This document shows positions 63,525 through 64,000 of a stretch of DNA of 64,000 nucleotides, piece after piece. Source of the stretch: Octopus bimaculoides (lineage: Eukaryota); assembly GCF_001194135.2 (NCBI RefSeq), contig NC_069000.1:7393559-7457558 (forward strand). The letters are read 5' to 3'. The translations under genes and the position numbers were made by a program. The notes beneath the pieces were generated by a model. The model worked only from the letters and a program-made list of their open reading frames with translations, made no database searches and had not been told where the DNA came from. How positions within the stretch are numbered: the first letter of the stretch is position 1; each line of letters begins with the position of its first letter.

Positions 63525-63656
63525 ATTATTCCAGCCATGGACAAATTTGTTGCGGAATTGGAATGTACTTGCAGTAACACATCCAGGCTATGTAGCATTC
63601 CTTACGTATGATGAGGTGAAGGTACGCCTGCAGAAATATGTAAATAAACCTGGAAG
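63525..63656 (+). CDS. CBL: Cbl third coding exon (start of the SH2-like region of TKB), 132 nt; gene continues beyond the window
   Basis: tttccag acceptor, AG|gtaagt donor; (R)[43 protein letters not shown](S). Confidence 0.98.
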
Positions 63657-63869
63657 GTAAGTCAATGTGATAATCGTATGGTGTTCATGCCTTTCCTACC
63701 AGCAGTAACTCTTTAAGGAAAGTTGTTTTGAAGTGTTGTTGAACTAAATAACTTTACACTTTGGGTATTTAATTTATTAATCATGGGGCAGAGAAATATA
63801 AAGTTGAATTCTAGACTGCACTGGTCTATCTACTCTACCTTTTTATTTTTAATATCAAAACAATGGTGA

Positions 63870-64000
63870 ACTGGCAGAATCATTAGCATGCTGAACAAAA
63901 TGCTTAGTGGTATTTTGTCTGTCTTTACATTCTGAGTTCAAATTCTACCAAACTTGACTTTGCCTTTCATCCTTTCTGGGTTGATAAAATAAGTAGCAGT
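63870..64000 (+). mobile_element. Family A SINE running off the window end
   Basis: ctggcagaatcattagcatgctg...ctgagttcaaattct...tttgcctttcatcctttc. Confidence 0.8.

Overview
AT-rich eukaryotic genomic DNA, dense in microsatellites and SINE/LINE/MITE relics, with six N-gaps. Repeat content and style suggest a coleoid cephalopod, most likely Octopus (inference). Two protein-coding genes lie on the + strand. (1) The last five exons of coatomer subunit delta (ARCN1/delta-COP, mu-homology domain) run from 310 to the stop at 4353. (2) The first three coding exons of the E3 ubiquitin ligase Cbl (TKB domain) lie at 20740-21269, 58068-58214 and 63525-63656, with a ~36.8 kb intron after the first; the gene continues past the window. 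Almost all other ORFs in the track are microsatellite, low-complexity or N-run artefacts. The rest is tRNA-headed SINEs, RTE-type LINE fragments and tails, a DD37D (maT) transposase relic, TTAA-, hAT- and Mutator-type MITEs, and tandem repeats. Most notable: a minimal type-I hammerhead ribozyme from a Penelope-like relic; a Cbl intron apparently shifted 10 nt relative to human, making two exons frame-symmetric; ARCN1-Cbl adjacency echoing human 11q23.3; a five-helix, sense-strand-favoured fold-back in a Cbl intron; an array of U1-like/antisense splice-donor motifs; and a putative multi-uORF Cbl leader. I found no clear novel multi-gene system. Comparisons with human genes are from memory and need verification.
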